From positions 226,814 to 290,813 of the forward strand of contig CAZVQU010000002.1 in assembly GCA_964629655.1 (NCBI GenBank): a stretch of 64,000 nucleotides of DNA, written 5' to 3'. Positions 1 through 9,841 of this stretch are shown one piece after another; positions within the stretch are counted from its first letter, which is position 1; every line of letters starts with the position of its first letter. Origin of the DNA: an uncultured Planctomycetia bacterium (GTDB taxonomy: Bacteria; Omnitrophota; Gorgyraeia; Duberdicusellales; 4484-171). Below the pieces are notes generated by a model, which was not told the DNA's origin, ran no database searches, and saw only the letters and a program-made list of their open reading frames with translations. The translations under genes were made by a program, and so were the position numbers.

Positions 1-602
1 TTGAATTTTCTGGCTAGATAGACTGCTCCTTTAGGAGTTGGGACTAGGTGCGAGAAAAAATCGATCTCTAAAGCCTCATCTTCAGCGCCATGATCTATCA
101 CCACCCCAATCATATAACCTTGGCGTATGCATTTAATCAGCTCCTTTAAAGTAGAACATACCTTTATTTTTTCTTCCTGACGCAACTCAACCAAAAATTT
201 ATCTAGCCCCTTATGCTTTTGTTGTTGGACCAAAACAGCAAAGTTATATCTCTGGGCCCAGCAAGAGATGGCTAGCTCCCAATTGCCGGCATGAATCCCT
301 ACAAATATACCTCCTCCAGGGTATTTGCCCTCTCCTTCTTTTACAGTTACATTCTCATATATCCTTGAGACGATTAGCTGTTCAACGACTGTTAAGCCGA
401 AGTGGTTGAAGCTCCTTCTTAAGATTGAATGCACTTGCCGGTTAGTCTTATTGGGAAAGGCTGCTTTTATATTCCTAAAAGCGACTCTCCGCTTACGGCC
501 GTTAAGATAGAAAAACAAACCAATTGCCCTAGCCAGGAAAAAAGAAACCCCTAAGGGTAATTTGTGTAAAGTCTTCTTTAGGAGTCTTGCCAGATAGTAC
601 AT
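1..602 (-). CDS. Lipid A biosynthesis (LpxL/HtrB-family) acyltransferase, 3' end runs off the window
   Basis: Not in the ORF track. Hand translation from ATG at 602 (TGATG overlap with the lpxK stop) gives MYYLARLLKK...GIHAGNWE...IDHG...FF...TPKGAVYLA, matching the HxGNWE acyltransferase motif; follows waaA-lpxK. Confidence 0.85.
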   Translation of the reverse strand, partial: MYYLARLLKKTLHKLPLGVSFFLARAIGLFFYLNGRKRRVAFRNIKAAFPNKTNRQVHSILRRSFNHFGLTVVEQLIVSRIYENVTVKEGEGKYPGGGIFVGIHAGNWELAISCWAQRYNFAVLVQQQKHKGLDKFLVELRQEEKIKVCSTLKELIKCIRQGYMIGVVIDHGAEDEALEIDFFSHLVPTPKGAVYLARKF

Positions 603-1624
603 CATTGCTTGCCTGCCCTTGCTAACTTATCCTCCACGCTCTTTAAAAACTCATCTTCATTCTCTATTTCTAGCTCCACCTCTAAAACAAAAATATTTAG
701 CCTACTCGCAAGATTAGGAAAATGGTACTTATCTTTATGGGTAATGACTAAATCATTTATCCCATTCTTTATCAAATCGTCTTCCATGCTCCTAAATTCA
801 GCGTTATTTAGCTCATAGTGATCGGGATAAATTATTTTCTCGGCAATGTCTAAGCCAAGCTCGGATAACTTATTAAGAAACCCTCCAGGATAACCTATAG
901 CAGTGAAAGCTGCCAACCTTCGCCCAAGCAAGGAATCACTCTTAAGCTTATTACCTTTTAAATCTAGAAAGCCCTTGTTGGTGTATTTCGAAAAATATAT
1001 CTTAAGTTGCGGGGCAACTTTTAAAATTGACTTTTTTATCGCCTCGGTATCGTTCATCTCCTCTTTGTAATTGAGAAGCAAAATATCAGCCCTTTTTAAA
1101 GAGCTTAAGGGTTCCCGGAAAAAGTAGGCTGGTATCAATCTCGGTTTTTTCTGAAAATCTCTTGAGCTCATCATAACGATATCCACATCTCTAGCTAAAC
1201 TTCGATGCTGAAAGCCATCATCGAGAAGAAAAAGATCAAAGGAATTCTCCAGTCGCCTAGCTAACTTACTCCTGCTGGTGTTGGAGAAAACATCATCAGT
1301 CTTCTCTTTAATCAACCTACCTTCATCTTGGCCATAGCCACGACGCAAGATAGCTGTCTTGTATTTAGGTGATAGGTGTTCGTGGAGCCACAGACTTAGA
1401 GTAGTCTTGCCTGAACCAGACCAGGAGAGATTTCCAACACTAACAACCTTAGCCTTTGAGACAAAGCTCGGTACAATCTTTAACTTGTAAAATAGATTTC
1501 TAAGAAATACCCCCGCCCCAAAAACAGAAGAGAGTAAGCAGAGTAAAGAGAAAAAAAGCGATTCGAAAATATTCCTCTGGCTCTTCTCTAGGATGGCTAG
1601 ATACCACTTCTTTAGTCTTAGCAT
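602..1624 (-). CDS. lpxK: Tetraacyldisaccharide 4'-kinase
   Basis: VVSVGNLSWSGSGKT P-loop, RGYG, LLDDGFQHRSLARD, REP motifs; adjacent to waaA. Confidence 0.93.
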   Translation of the reverse strand: MLRLKKWYLAILEKSQRNIFESLFFSLLCLLSSVFGAGVFLRNLFYKLKIVPSFVSKAKVVSVGNLSWSGSGKTTLSLWLHEHLSPKYKTAILRRGYGQDEGRLIKEKTDDVFSNTSRSKLARRLENSFDLFLLDDGFQHRSLARDVDIVMMSSRDFQKKPRLIPAYFFREPLSSLKRADILLLNYKEEMNDTEAIKKSILKVAPQLKIYFSKYTNKGFLDLKGNKLKSDSLLGRRLAAFTAIGYPGGFLNKLSELGLDIAEKIIYPDHYELNNAEFRSMEDDLIKNGINDLVITHKDKYHFPNLASRLNIFVLEVELEIENEDEFLKSVEDKLARAGKQ

Positions 1625-1640
1625 TGCCTTAATCTTCTGC

Positions 1641-2918
1641 TTAACTTCCTGACAAATACTTTAAGATTATATCTAAGTTGCTATTTAAGCTCTTCTTCTC
1701 GCCTTCAAAAACTTCCCGGCAGCGGTTGCCTAAATTATTCTTTAGTGCTGTATCGCTTACTAACCCTAATAATACCTCACCTAGTTCTTCCCGGCTCCTC
1801 ACCTTAATACCGGCACCTTTTTCCAAAACAATCTCCTCAATATCGAGAAAATTATCCATATTTGGACCAAAGACAGTCGGCTTTAGAAAATATATTGGTT
1901 CTAAAATATTATGCCCGCCATCTTTGGATAGACTCCCGCCAACAAAACAAATATCAGCTATACTGTAAAAATACATTAGCTCCCCTACGGTATCAGCTAT
2001 AAAGACATTCCGCGTATCTGCAAGATTTTCCTCAACCTTACTCATCCTTACTGGATTAAAACTTGCCAGACGAACGGTCTTCTCAATCTGCGATGCTCTT
2101 TCAGGATGACGCGGAACAATGAGCAAAGTAACCCCTCCTGGGCTCTTAAAAATATCCTTGTAGATATCGATTACAATCTCCTCTTCAGGTTCATGGGTGC
2201 TGGCAATAACCAAAAGCTTATTGCCGTCTCTCTTAAGAATAGATTTATACTTCTCCTGCTTTTTGCGTAGCTTATCCTCATCTACTAAGATACTATCGAA
2301 TTTCATATTGCCGCTAATGACAACCTTCTTGGGATCAGCACCAAGAAAAACAAATCTCTCCTCGTAGAGTGAATTTTGGACACCAATATAATCGCACTTT
2401 CCAAGAACCCTCTTCATAAAAGGTCTTATCAGCCGATAATGCTTGAAGGCCTTATCAGAAATCCTTCCGTTAATAATAACTATTGGAATTTTCTTTTTCT
2501 TTAAGCGATAAAAGAGGTTCGGCCAAATCTCAGTCTCGACTGCAATAAATACCTTGGGCTTAATCACCCTGATGACCCTTTCAAGTATGAATGAAAGATC
2601 AAAGGGAAAGAAAATTATTTTTGCTAAGTGTGAATAGCGTTTTTTGACAATTCTGTTGCCAGTCAAAGTTGTAGTTGATATTACTATCGGTAAGTCTTGA
2701 GACTCTTTTAAACTTTTTATTAAATTTCCAATTAGATTAGCTTCACCAACACTTACTACCTGTATCCAAATGGAATTCCTTATCTCTTTCGAGCTGATAA
2801 GTCCTAATTTCTCTCCTAAGGCCCGAAGGGTCATTTTCTTACGCCAAAGGTGCAAGGGTAGATAGACTATTAACCCCAGACAAAAGATAAGATCATAAAT
2901 TAAAAATAATATCACCAT
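1641..2918 (-). CDS. waaA: Kdo transferase
   Basis: SVGE, FPFD, ETEIWPN, INGRISD, GNMKFD, ASTH, VPRHPER, GGHNILEP motifs. Confidence 0.95.
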   Translation of the reverse strand: MVILFLIYDLIFCLGLIVYLPLHLWRKKMTLRALGEKLGLISSKEIRNSIWIQVVSVGEANLIGNLIKSLKESQDLPIVISTTTLTGNRIVKKRYSHLAKIIFFPFDLSFILERVIRVIKPKVFIAVETEIWPNLFYRLKKKKIPIVIINGRISDKAFKHYRLIRPFMKRVLGKCDYIGVQNSLYEERFVFLGADPKKVVISGNMKFDSILVDEDKLRKKQEKYKSILKRDGNKLLVIASTHEPEEEIVIDIYKDIFKSPGGVTLLIVPRHPERASQIEKTVRLASFNPVRMSKVEENLADTRNVFIADTVGELMYFYSIADICFVGGSLSKDGGHNILEPIYFLKPTVFGPNMDNFLDIEEIVLEKGAGIKVRSREELGEVLLGLVSDTALKNNLGNRCREVFEGEKKSLNSNLDIILKYLSGS

Positions 2919-3799
2919 TACTTTGCTCGTGGATGTGCTTTCTGGTAAACACTCTTGAGAGAATCAATAGTTAAATGAGTATACACCTGAGTAGTAGCTA
3001 TGCTCGAATGCCCTAGGAGCTCTTGCACACTTCGTAAATCTGCCCCTCTATTAAGAAGATGAGTGGCGAAAGAGTGACGAAATGTATGCGGAGAGACTTT
3101 CGAATTCATGGCAGCTTTCTTCATATATTTATATACAATATCCCTTATCCCGCGATCAGTTAAAGTTCCTCCGCGCTTATTTAAGAATAAAGAAGGGTTA
3201 CTATCGCCACATTTATCAATATACTTCTTTAAGCTATTTAGGGCTGGTTCGCCCAAAGGAAGAAGGCGCTCTTTTTTACCCTTGCCTCTTACCTTAGCAA
3301 TTCCGCCTATAAAATCCACGCTCTCCTTCTTCAACGAAACCATCTCTGATACGCGGGCCCCAGTCGAATAGAGAAATTCTAGGATTGCTCTATCTCTTAG
3401 AACCGAAAGCTCGCTTCCTTTGGGTAGTTTCAACATATTCCCAACTTCTTTCTCAGTTAAAAAATTCGGTAAAGGCTTATCTAACCTGGGGTATATCAAT
3501 GAGGAGGCCGGATTGCTTTTTATTAAGCTCTCTCTAAGCATAAATTTAAAAAAACTCTTCATTGTTGAGATCTTCCTGGAAAGAGTTCGTTTATTCAATT
3601 TCTTTTCGCTTAGCACACTCAAGAATTTTCTTAATAAAAAATAATCAATTCTCTTTATGTCTTTTCCCCCGCGAGACTCCAGAAAATCTCCGAACTCCCG
3701 AAGATCGGCCGCATAATTATTAATGGTATGACCGGAATAATTTTTCTCGATATTTAAGTAATTCAAAAATCTATCAATATAGTGAGAAAAAGGAATCAT
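2918..3799 (-). CDS. xerC: Tyrosine recombinase XerC/XerD
   Basis: Complete catalytic set: GARVSE, GKGKKER, HTFRHSFATH, LGH, TQVYTH; classic dprA-topA-xerC order. Confidence 0.85.
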   Translation of the reverse strand: MIPFSHYIDRFLNYLNIEKNYSGHTINNYAADLREFGDFLESRGGKDIKRIDYFLLRKFLSVLSEKKLNKRTLSRKISTMKSFFKFMLRESLIKSNPASSLIYPRLDKPLPNFLTEKEVGNMLKLPKGSELSVLRDRAILEFLYSTGARVSEMVSLKKESVDFIGGIAKVRGKGKKERLLPLGEPALNSLKKYIDKCGDSNPSLFLNKRGGTLTDRGIRDIVYKYMKKAAMNSKVSPHTFRHSFATHLLNRGADLRSVQELLGHSSIATTQVYTHLTIDSLKSVYQKAHPRAK

Positions 3800-3802
3800 C
3801 TT

Positions 3803-5827
3803 TTAATCTTCTTCCTTCATATCTTCCTGGCTATTATTTTTTTGATCCTCGGGTAATAAACGATTAGTATAGGTGCAATTAGGAAATTTACTGCAACCAT
3901 AAAAATTTTGGCCTCTGCGATTTCTCCTTTCTACCAATTGCCCTTCTTCGCAATCCGGGCAGGCAACTCCAGTAGTAATACTCTCGGCATAACGGCAACG
4001 GGGGAAGTTTTCGCAACTTAGGAACCTGCCTCTTCGCGACCACTTTATTACTAATCTGCCCTTGCACTTAGGGCAAATCTTGTCTGAATACTCAACTTCT
4101 TTCTTGATCGAAAGTAAAACTTTCTCTGCCTTTTTGTCAAAAGCTGGATAGAAACCTTCTAGGACCTTCTGCCACTGAGCTTTTCCTTTTTCTACCTCAT
4201 CTAACTTCTCTTCTAGGAAAGCTGTAAAGCCTTCATCCATAATCTGGGAAAAATGCTTTATTAAAAGATCGCTCACTTTTATGCCTAACACAGTGGGAAG
4301 AAAAGACCTTTTTTCTCTGCGGGCATAATTTCTCCTAAAAAGTGTATAGATAATCGGAGCATAAGTAGACGGACGGCCAACACCTTTCTCTTCCAATAGT
4401 TTTACTAAAGAAGCATCATTGTAGCGGGCCGGGGCTTTAGTGGTATGTTCTGTAACTTCTAAATCCTCTAAGGTAACTCCTTGGCCTTCTTCTAAAGGCG
4501 GAAGAAGATTATCATCGCCTCCGTCACCTAAGACTTTTAAAAATCCTTCAAATAAGACTCGCAGACCTTTAACCTCAAACTCTACATCCTTTGATGCTAT
4601 TTTAGCTTTACTCGACTCTAGCACTGCTTCTTTCATAAAACCAGCCACAAACCTTCTCCAAATCAACTCATACAACCTTGCCTCATCATCAACGATAAAC
4701 TGCTTCATTTCTTCAGGCTGGCGGTAAATACTCGTAGGCCTTATCGCTTCATGGGCTAACTGCGCACCTTTTTTCTGCTTATGGTGATAGTCGTGTAGAG
4801 ATAAATAATCCTGGCCGAATTTTTCTTGAACAAACTCTTTGGCCTCTTTTCTTGCCTTTGTGCTTATATGAAAAGAATCAGTACGCATATAGGTAATAAG
4901 ACCTACGCTTTTTTCTAGAATCTGAGCACCTTCGTAAAGCTTCTGAGCCACCATCATCGTTCTCCTAGCTGAAAGCCTTAGGCGGTTAAAAGCGTCTTGT
5001 TGAAGTGAAGAAGTTATAAACGGTGGTGGTGGTTTGCGTTTAGTCTCTTTTTTACTTAGATTCTTTACAAAAAATGCCTGACTTTTTATCTGATCAAGAT
5101 ATTTTTGGGCATCTTTCCTATTTTCAAAAACCCCTTTTTTGCCCTTACATTTAGTAAGCTTTGCTTTAAATATATTTGAACCAGCTCTAAATTTTGCCTC
5201 TAAAGAAAAAGTAGTCTTAGGCACAAAATTCATAATTTCTTTTTCCCTCTCAACAATAAATTTTAGAGCAATTGACTGGACTCTGCCTGCTGATAAACCC
5301 CGCACTATCCTCTTCCAAAGAATAGGTGACAGCCGATATCCCACTATTCTATCTAAGACTCTTCTGGCTATTTGAGCATTAACTTTACGCATATCCAAAT
5401 GGCTGTGCTTCTTGAATGCTTCCTTAATAGCTTCCTCGGTTATTTCATGAAAAACAACACGATAAAACTTCTTATTTTTAGAATCCAGCTCATTTTTTAT
5501 ATGCCAGCTAATCGCTTCTCCCTCTCGATCAGAGTCAGTTGCTAAATAAATAGCTTCCTTACCTTTAGATTTCTTCTTCAACTGGGCAATCATCTTCTCT
5601 TTACCGGGAATAACCTGATAAACAGGCTCAAACCCATTTTCGACATCTACAGAGATTTTATTTGAAGGTAAATCAACTACATGGCCCATCGAAGAAGTTA
5701 CGTCATACTCCTTGCCCAATATCGAAGAAATCGTTTTGGCCTTAGTCGGTGATTCTACAACCACTAAATACCTACTCCCGTCTCCATCTTTAACTTTTGT
5801 TTTTGTTTTTCTTGGCTTACTACTCAT
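3803..5827 (-). CDS. topA: DNA topoisomerase I
   Basis: TOPRIM VVESPTK, ATDSDREGE, SAGRVQS, catalytic ITYMRTDS, two C-terminal Zn ribbons. Confidence 0.97.
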   Translation of the reverse strand: MSSKPRKTKTKVKDGDGSRYLVVVESPTKAKTISSILGKEYDVTSSMGHVVDLPSNKISVDVENGFEPVYQVIPGKEKMIAQLKKKSKGKEAIYLATDSDREGEAISWHIKNELDSKNKKFYRVVFHEITEEAIKEAFKKHSHLDMRKVNAQIARRVLDRIVGYRLSPILWKRIVRGLSAGRVQSIALKFIVEREKEIMNFVPKTTFSLEAKFRAGSNIFKAKLTKCKGKKGVFENRKDAQKYLDQIKSQAFFVKNLSKKETKRKPPPPFITSSLQQDAFNRLRLSARRTMMVAQKLYEGAQILEKSVGLITYMRTDSFHISTKARKEAKEFVQEKFGQDYLSLHDYHHKQKKGAQLAHEAIRPTSIYRQPEEMKQFIVDDEARLYELIWRRFVAGFMKEAVLESSKAKIASKDVEFEVKGLRVLFEGFLKVLGDGGDDNLLPPLEEGQGVTLEDLEVTEHTTKAPARYNDASLVKLLEEKGVGRPSTYAPIIYTLFRRNYARREKRSFLPTVLGIKVSDLLIKHFSQIMDEGFTAFLEEKLDEVEKGKAQWQKVLEGFYPAFDKKAEKVLLSIKKEVEYSDKICPKCKGRLVIKWSRRGRFLSCENFPRCRYAESITTGVACPDCEEGQLVERRNRRGQNFYGCSKFPNCTYTNRLLPEDQKNNSQEDMKEED

Positions 5828-5846
5828 AACTTCCCACTCAGGACTT

Positions 5847-6758
5847 CTAACTTACTTGTGCCTGTTGTGTCCGTAAGGGTATAAGGGTATCGCTCACAGC
5901 CACACCTAGCTCTTCTAATATATCATCTAAACAATCGACAAGTTTTGCGCCCTCTTTTATTAAAATATGGGTCCCTTTACTTAAGGGAGAATTTATACTT
6001 CCGGGAATAGCAAATACCTCCCGATTCTGTTCACAGGCTGAATGAGCGGTTATTAGAGCACCGCTGCGCGATGTTGCCTCAACAACCAAGACTCCTTTAG
6101 ACATTCCACTAACAATCCTATTTCTTCGAGGAAAATTCTCCCTTGAAGGTGAGGTAAGTAGTGGGTATTCCGAGACAACCGCTCCCGAAGAAGCAATTTC
6201 ACAAGCTAGGTTCTTATTTTCTCTCGGATAGATATTAAGCAATCCGCTTCCTAAAACAGCTATTGTGCCTCCTGTCTTGATCGCCTCCTGATGAGCAATA
6301 GTATCTATGCCCCGGGCTAAGCCTGAAACGATAACTATGCCCTTTTTAGAAAGCTTATCAGAAAAATCCCCGGCTATCGATATACCGTAACTAGTCGGTT
6401 TGCGGCTGCCGACGATAGCAAATAAAAACTTTCCCAATACCTTACGATCACCCTTAAGGTAAAGAACTATCGGAGGATTTTCTATTTCCTTTAGTAAACT
6501 AGGGTAATCTTGGTCAAAAATATCTAAACAATCTATATTTTCCTTAGTGATTAGTTCTAGCTCTTGATCCAATGCCTCTAAGGTTCTCTTAGATAATATT
6601 CTCTCAACATCATTATCTTGCAAATAAGGGATCTCTCTTAATCTCTCAGCATCAGCCCTGAATATCTGATCAATGTCCTCAAAAGCAGATAAAAGATTAG
6701 AAATCTTCTGAGGAGTCAGATTTAGGAGATTAAGTAGAATCGCGCCTTTCTTAGCCAT
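5847..6758 (-). CDS. dprA: DNA processing protein DprA
   Basis: AIVGSR, IVSGLARGID, FPRRNRIVSG, SGALITA, LIKEGAKLV. Confidence 0.95.
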   Translation of the reverse strand: MAKKGAILLNLLNLTPQKISNLLSAFEDIDQIFRADAERLREIPYLQDNDVERILSKRTLEALDQELELITKENIDCLDIFDQDYPSLLKEIENPPIVLYLKGDRKVLGKFLFAIVGSRKPTSYGISIAGDFSDKLSKKGIVIVSGLARGIDTIAHQEAIKTGGTIAVLGSGLLNIYPRENKNLACEIASSGAVVSEYPLLTSPSRENFPRRNRIVSGMSKGVLVVEATSRSGALITAHSACEQNREVFAIPGSINSPLSKGTHILIKEGAKLVDCLDDILEELGVAVSDTLIPLRTQQAQVS

Positions 6759-7257
6759 GGTTTAAAATAGCTATAATCTTATCAGAAACTTCTTCAGGCG
6801 AAAGGCTATCAGTATCAATTGAGCACTGAGCCTGTGCATAGCAAGGAGCCCTTTCTTTGAGCAATTGCTTAATCTTCTCTTGGGGGTCCTCAACATTGAG
6901 AATCGGACGATGGGCATGCTCTTTTGTCCTTTGGTAAATTGTCGAAACTGATGCCGTCAAAGCAAAGACTGCCCCGGTTTCCTTAAGCAATTTTAAGTTT
7001 TCCTGATCACAGATCAGTCCACCGCCACAGCTAACTACCAAATCCTCCCTTTCGCTCAACTCCCCAAGCAGTGTTTTCTCAAGACTACGAAAGTAAGCTT
7101 CTCCCTTATTGGCAAAGATATCGACAATTTCTGTGCCCTGCTTTTTCTCAATAGCAGCATCCATCTCTACAAACTCCTTGCCTAACCTCTTAGCAAGAAT
7201 TTTGCCAACAGCGGTCTTGCCAGTACCCATAAATCCTACTAAATAGATATTTTTCAT
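6751..7257 (-). CDS. aroK: Shikimate kinase
   Basis: LVGFMGTGKT, GEAYFR, SCGGG, RPIL motifs. Confidence 0.95.
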   Translation of the reverse strand: MKNIYLVGFMGTGKTAVGKILAKRLGKEFVEMDAAIEKKQGTEIVDIFANKGEAYFRSLEKTLLGELSEREDLVVSCGGGLICDQENLKLLKETGAVFALTASVSTIYQRTKEHAHRPILNVEDPQEKIKQLLKERAPCYAQAQCSIDTDSLSPEEVSDKIIAILNHG

Positions 7258-7295
7258 GATATCGTTAAGAATCTAATCGCCAAAACAGTATTAGT

Positions 7296-7324
7296 ATTAT
7301 CAAGGCAATTGGTGAGTTTGTCAA
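7296..7324 (-). promoter_or_regulatory. Sigma70-type promoter for aroK-dprA-topA-xerC-waaA-lpxK
   Basis: Minus strand TTGACA (7324-7319), 17 nt spacer, GATAAT (7301-7296), about 40 nt upstream of aroK. Confidence 0.7.
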
Positions 7325-7404
7325 GCTAGATGGCAAAGAAGACCTAAGAGCTAAAAAAATAGCTCCTCAGTCGCCATAAAGTGAAGATTTTTAAAGGTTT
7401 TTTC

Positions 7405-8568
7405 TTATTTCCCGTACTTCTTTATAAGGGCAAGGGCAATGATATTCCGCTGAATTTGATTTGTGCCCTCATAAATCTGGGTTATTTTTGCATCGCGCAT
7501 GAACTTCTCTATCGGGTAATCCCGCATGTAGCCATAACCACCATATATCTGGACAGCATTAGTGGTTACTTCCATAGCCACATCAGATGCAAACATCTTG
7601 GCAGCTGCGCTGGCTGGGCCTACATTTTTAATACCTCTATCAACCATTGAAGCAACGCTATAGACTAAACTTCTAGCCGCTTCAATCTTAGTAGCCATAT
7701 CAGCAAGCATCCATTGTATCCCCTGAAAAGAACTTATCGGCTTGTCGAATTGAACCCTCTGATGGGCATAGGCAGTAGCCAGCTCTAAAGCTCCTTGGGC
7801 AATTCCTACAGCTTGAGCAGCAACTCCCGGACGGGATTGGTCAAAGGTCTTCATGGTAGAGATAAAACCAATACCTTCTTTTCCGCCTAAAAGGTTCTCT
7901 TTAGGTACCTTAACGTCAGTAAAAATAAGCTCATTAGTAGAAGATGCTCTTATGCCCAGCTTCTCCTCCTTTTTCCCAAAAGTAAAGCCTTCGGCCCCTT
8001 TCTCGAGAATAAAGGCTGATACACCGCGTGGACCTTTGTTCTTGTCAGTAACAGCAATTACGGTATAAACTTCAGCGTCTCCGCCATTAGTGATGAAGTG
8101 CTTAGTCCCGTTTAGGATATAGCAATCGCCATCTTTTCTAGCTGTAGTCTTTACTGCGGCTGCATCGGAACCAGCTTCAGGCTCAGTTAAACCAAAAGCA
8201 GTCAATTTCTTTCCCGAAGCTATATCCGGCAAATACTTTTTCTTCTGCTCCTCGGTGCCGTTAATTAGAATCGGAAACATGCCCAAATAAGAAGCAGCAT
8301 AAGCAGTAGCGACTCCTCCGTCAACACGGGAGATTTCCTCAGTAGCAATACATAAATCCATAAGATTGCCACCCATTCCTCCATAGGCTTCAGGTATACA
8401 TAGAGAGAATAAATCCGATTGGCCTAAGACTTTAATAATGTCTGCGGGAAACTCTTCTTTTTCATCAAGCTCCCGAGAGTTAGGCCGAATCTTTTCTTCG
8501 GCAATTTGCCGGCATAAATCACGTAACATTTTTTGGTCTTCAGTTAATGGATAATCAACTAGAAACAT
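7405..8568 (-). CDS. Acyl-CoA dehydrogenase (short-chain/butyryl-CoA-like)
   Basis: AFGLTEPEAGSD, LNGTKHFITNG, KLGIRAS, RVQFDKPI, GGYGYM, RDAKITQIYEGTNQIQR. Confidence 0.93.
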   Translation of the reverse strand: MFLVDYPLTEDQKMLRDLCRQIAEEKIRPNSRELDEKEEFPADIIKVLGQSDLFSLCIPEAYGGMGGNLMDLCIATEEISRVDGGVATAYAASYLGMFPILINGTEEQKKKYLPDIASGKKLTAFGLTEPEAGSDAAAVKTTARKDGDCYILNGTKHFITNGGDAEVYTVIAVTDKNKGPRGVSAFILEKGAEGFTFGKKEEKLGIRASSTNELIFTDVKVPKENLLGGKEGIGFISTMKTFDQSRPGVAAQAVGIAQGALELATAYAHQRVQFDKPISSFQGIQWMLADMATKIEAARSLVYSVASMVDRGIKNVGPASAAAKMFASDVAMEVTTNAVQIYGGYGYMRDYPIEKFMRDAKITQIYEGTNQIQRNIIALALIKKYGK

Positions 8569-8605
8569 TTTAATTCCTCCTTTTTCTTTAGTTTACGTAT
8601 TTTAC

Positions 8606-9841
8606 TTAAAAATTTAGAAGCTGGGGTATGATTTCCGATAAAGTCGGATGGATAAAAACACACCTCTTTAAATCGTCAACCTTTAAGTTATTCTTAATAC
8701 AGAGGGAAAGTATGCTAATCAGCTCACCGGCACTCTGGGAAATTATCCCGGCACCAATAATTCTTTTTCTCCTATCGATAAGAATCTCGATAAACCCGTC
8801 AGTGTCACCATAGACATAGCTAGAGGAAAATTTCATGAAGTTTGATTTAATCACCTCATATTTTATGCCTTTAAGTTTAGCTTCATCTTCTAATATCCCT
8901 ACCTTAGCTACCGAAGGAGAAGCAAACACACATTCACTAAGCCCCTTGTAATCTTGTCTTTGCTTCTTGCCCTTTATGTTGCTAATGCAAATATCGGCTT
9001 GGTATTGGGCTACATAAGCTAGGAGCTTGCCGCCAGTTATATCACCACAAGCATAAACACCTTTTAAATTTGTCCGTAAGTATTTATTGGTTTTTACCCA
9101 CCCTCCCGGGCTCTTGGCTAATTTTATAGCCTCGGTACCTAGTCCTTCTAGATTTGGCACCCTACCTACGGCAGAGACAACTAAATCAAAATTATCTAAA
9201 TTGTAATCTTTGACATCTTTACCAGTCTCTATTTTTATTCCTTTTCTCTCTAAAATTACCCTTAAACGAGCAGCTAAATAAGAATCAAAAGAAGGCAAAA
9301 TCCTGTCTTCTTTTTCAATCAGCGTCACATCTCTGCCAAAATTATTTAATAGTGAGGCTACCTCTAACCCAATATAGCCTCCGCCGATAATAAGGATTTT
9401 ATCGCCAATAGTATCTTTAGAAAATGAATCCTCGGCAAAAATGACTTTAGGACTGCTGATGATTGCCCTAGGAGATGAACCAGTAGCAATAATAATGTTC
9501 TTCGCCTTTATCTGAGTCCCGGCTACATCCAAACTGTTTCTATCTAAAAAACGGGCCTTACCCCAAAGCAAATCAAGACCTTGCTTTTCTAAAAACGGAA
9601 TTATCGGGGCTTTTATTTTGTTGATAACTTTCTGACTTCCGTTAAATGTATTTACCCAAGTTCCAGAAGCATGGGAAGATTTAAGGAAAAATTTGGTAGG
9701 GATACAGCCACGATTGATACAGGTTCCGCCCAAAGACTCTTTATCCTCTTCAATCAAGATTGTCTTTAATCCTGCCCTTAGGGCTCCCCTTGCGCAAGCA
9801 ATCCCTGCTGCTCCAGCGCCAATTATTGCTACTTCATACAT
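8606..9841 (-). CDS. lpdA: Dihydrolipoamide dehydrogenase-like flavin disulfide reductase (shortened)
   Basis: GAGAAG, GGTCINRGCIPTK redox disulfide, IATGS, GGGYIGLE, C-terminal HPTLSE. Confidence 0.78.
   Translation of the reverse strand: MYEVAIIGAGAAGIACARGALRAGLKTILIEEDKESLGGTCINRGCIPTKFFLKSSHASGTWVNTFNGSQKVINKIKAPIIPFLEKQGLDLLWGKARFLDRNSLDVAGTQIKAKNIIIATGSSPRAIISSPKVIFAEDSFSKDTIGDKILIIGGGYIGLEVASLLNNFGRDVTLIEKEDRILPSFDSYLAARLRVILERKGIKIETGKDVKDYNLDNFDLVVSAVGRVPNLEGLGTEAIKLAKSPGGWVKTNKYLRTNLKGVYACGDITGGKLLAYVAQYQADICISNIKGKKQRQDYKGLSECVFASPSVAKVGILEDEAKLKGIKYEVIKSNFMKFSSSYVYGDTDGFIEILIDRRKRIIGAGIISQSAGELISILSLCIKNNLKVDDLKRCVFIHPTLSEIIPQLLNF

Noticed and set aside
2918-3799. Tyrosine recombinase as a possible prophage or island integrase
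   Set aside because: Size, motifs and dprA-topA-xerC context indicate housekeeping Xer; no att repeats or cargo genes.
5874-5890. Direct repeat TAAGGGTA-TAAGGGTA near the dprA 3' end
   Set aside because: Only two 8-nt units inside coding sequence; compatible with chance or a trivial duplication.
7348-7365. GAGCT-N8-AGCTC hairpin after the acyl-CoA dehydrogenase as a terminator
   Set aside because: Only a 5-bp stem with no proper U-tract on the minus strand; too weak to call.
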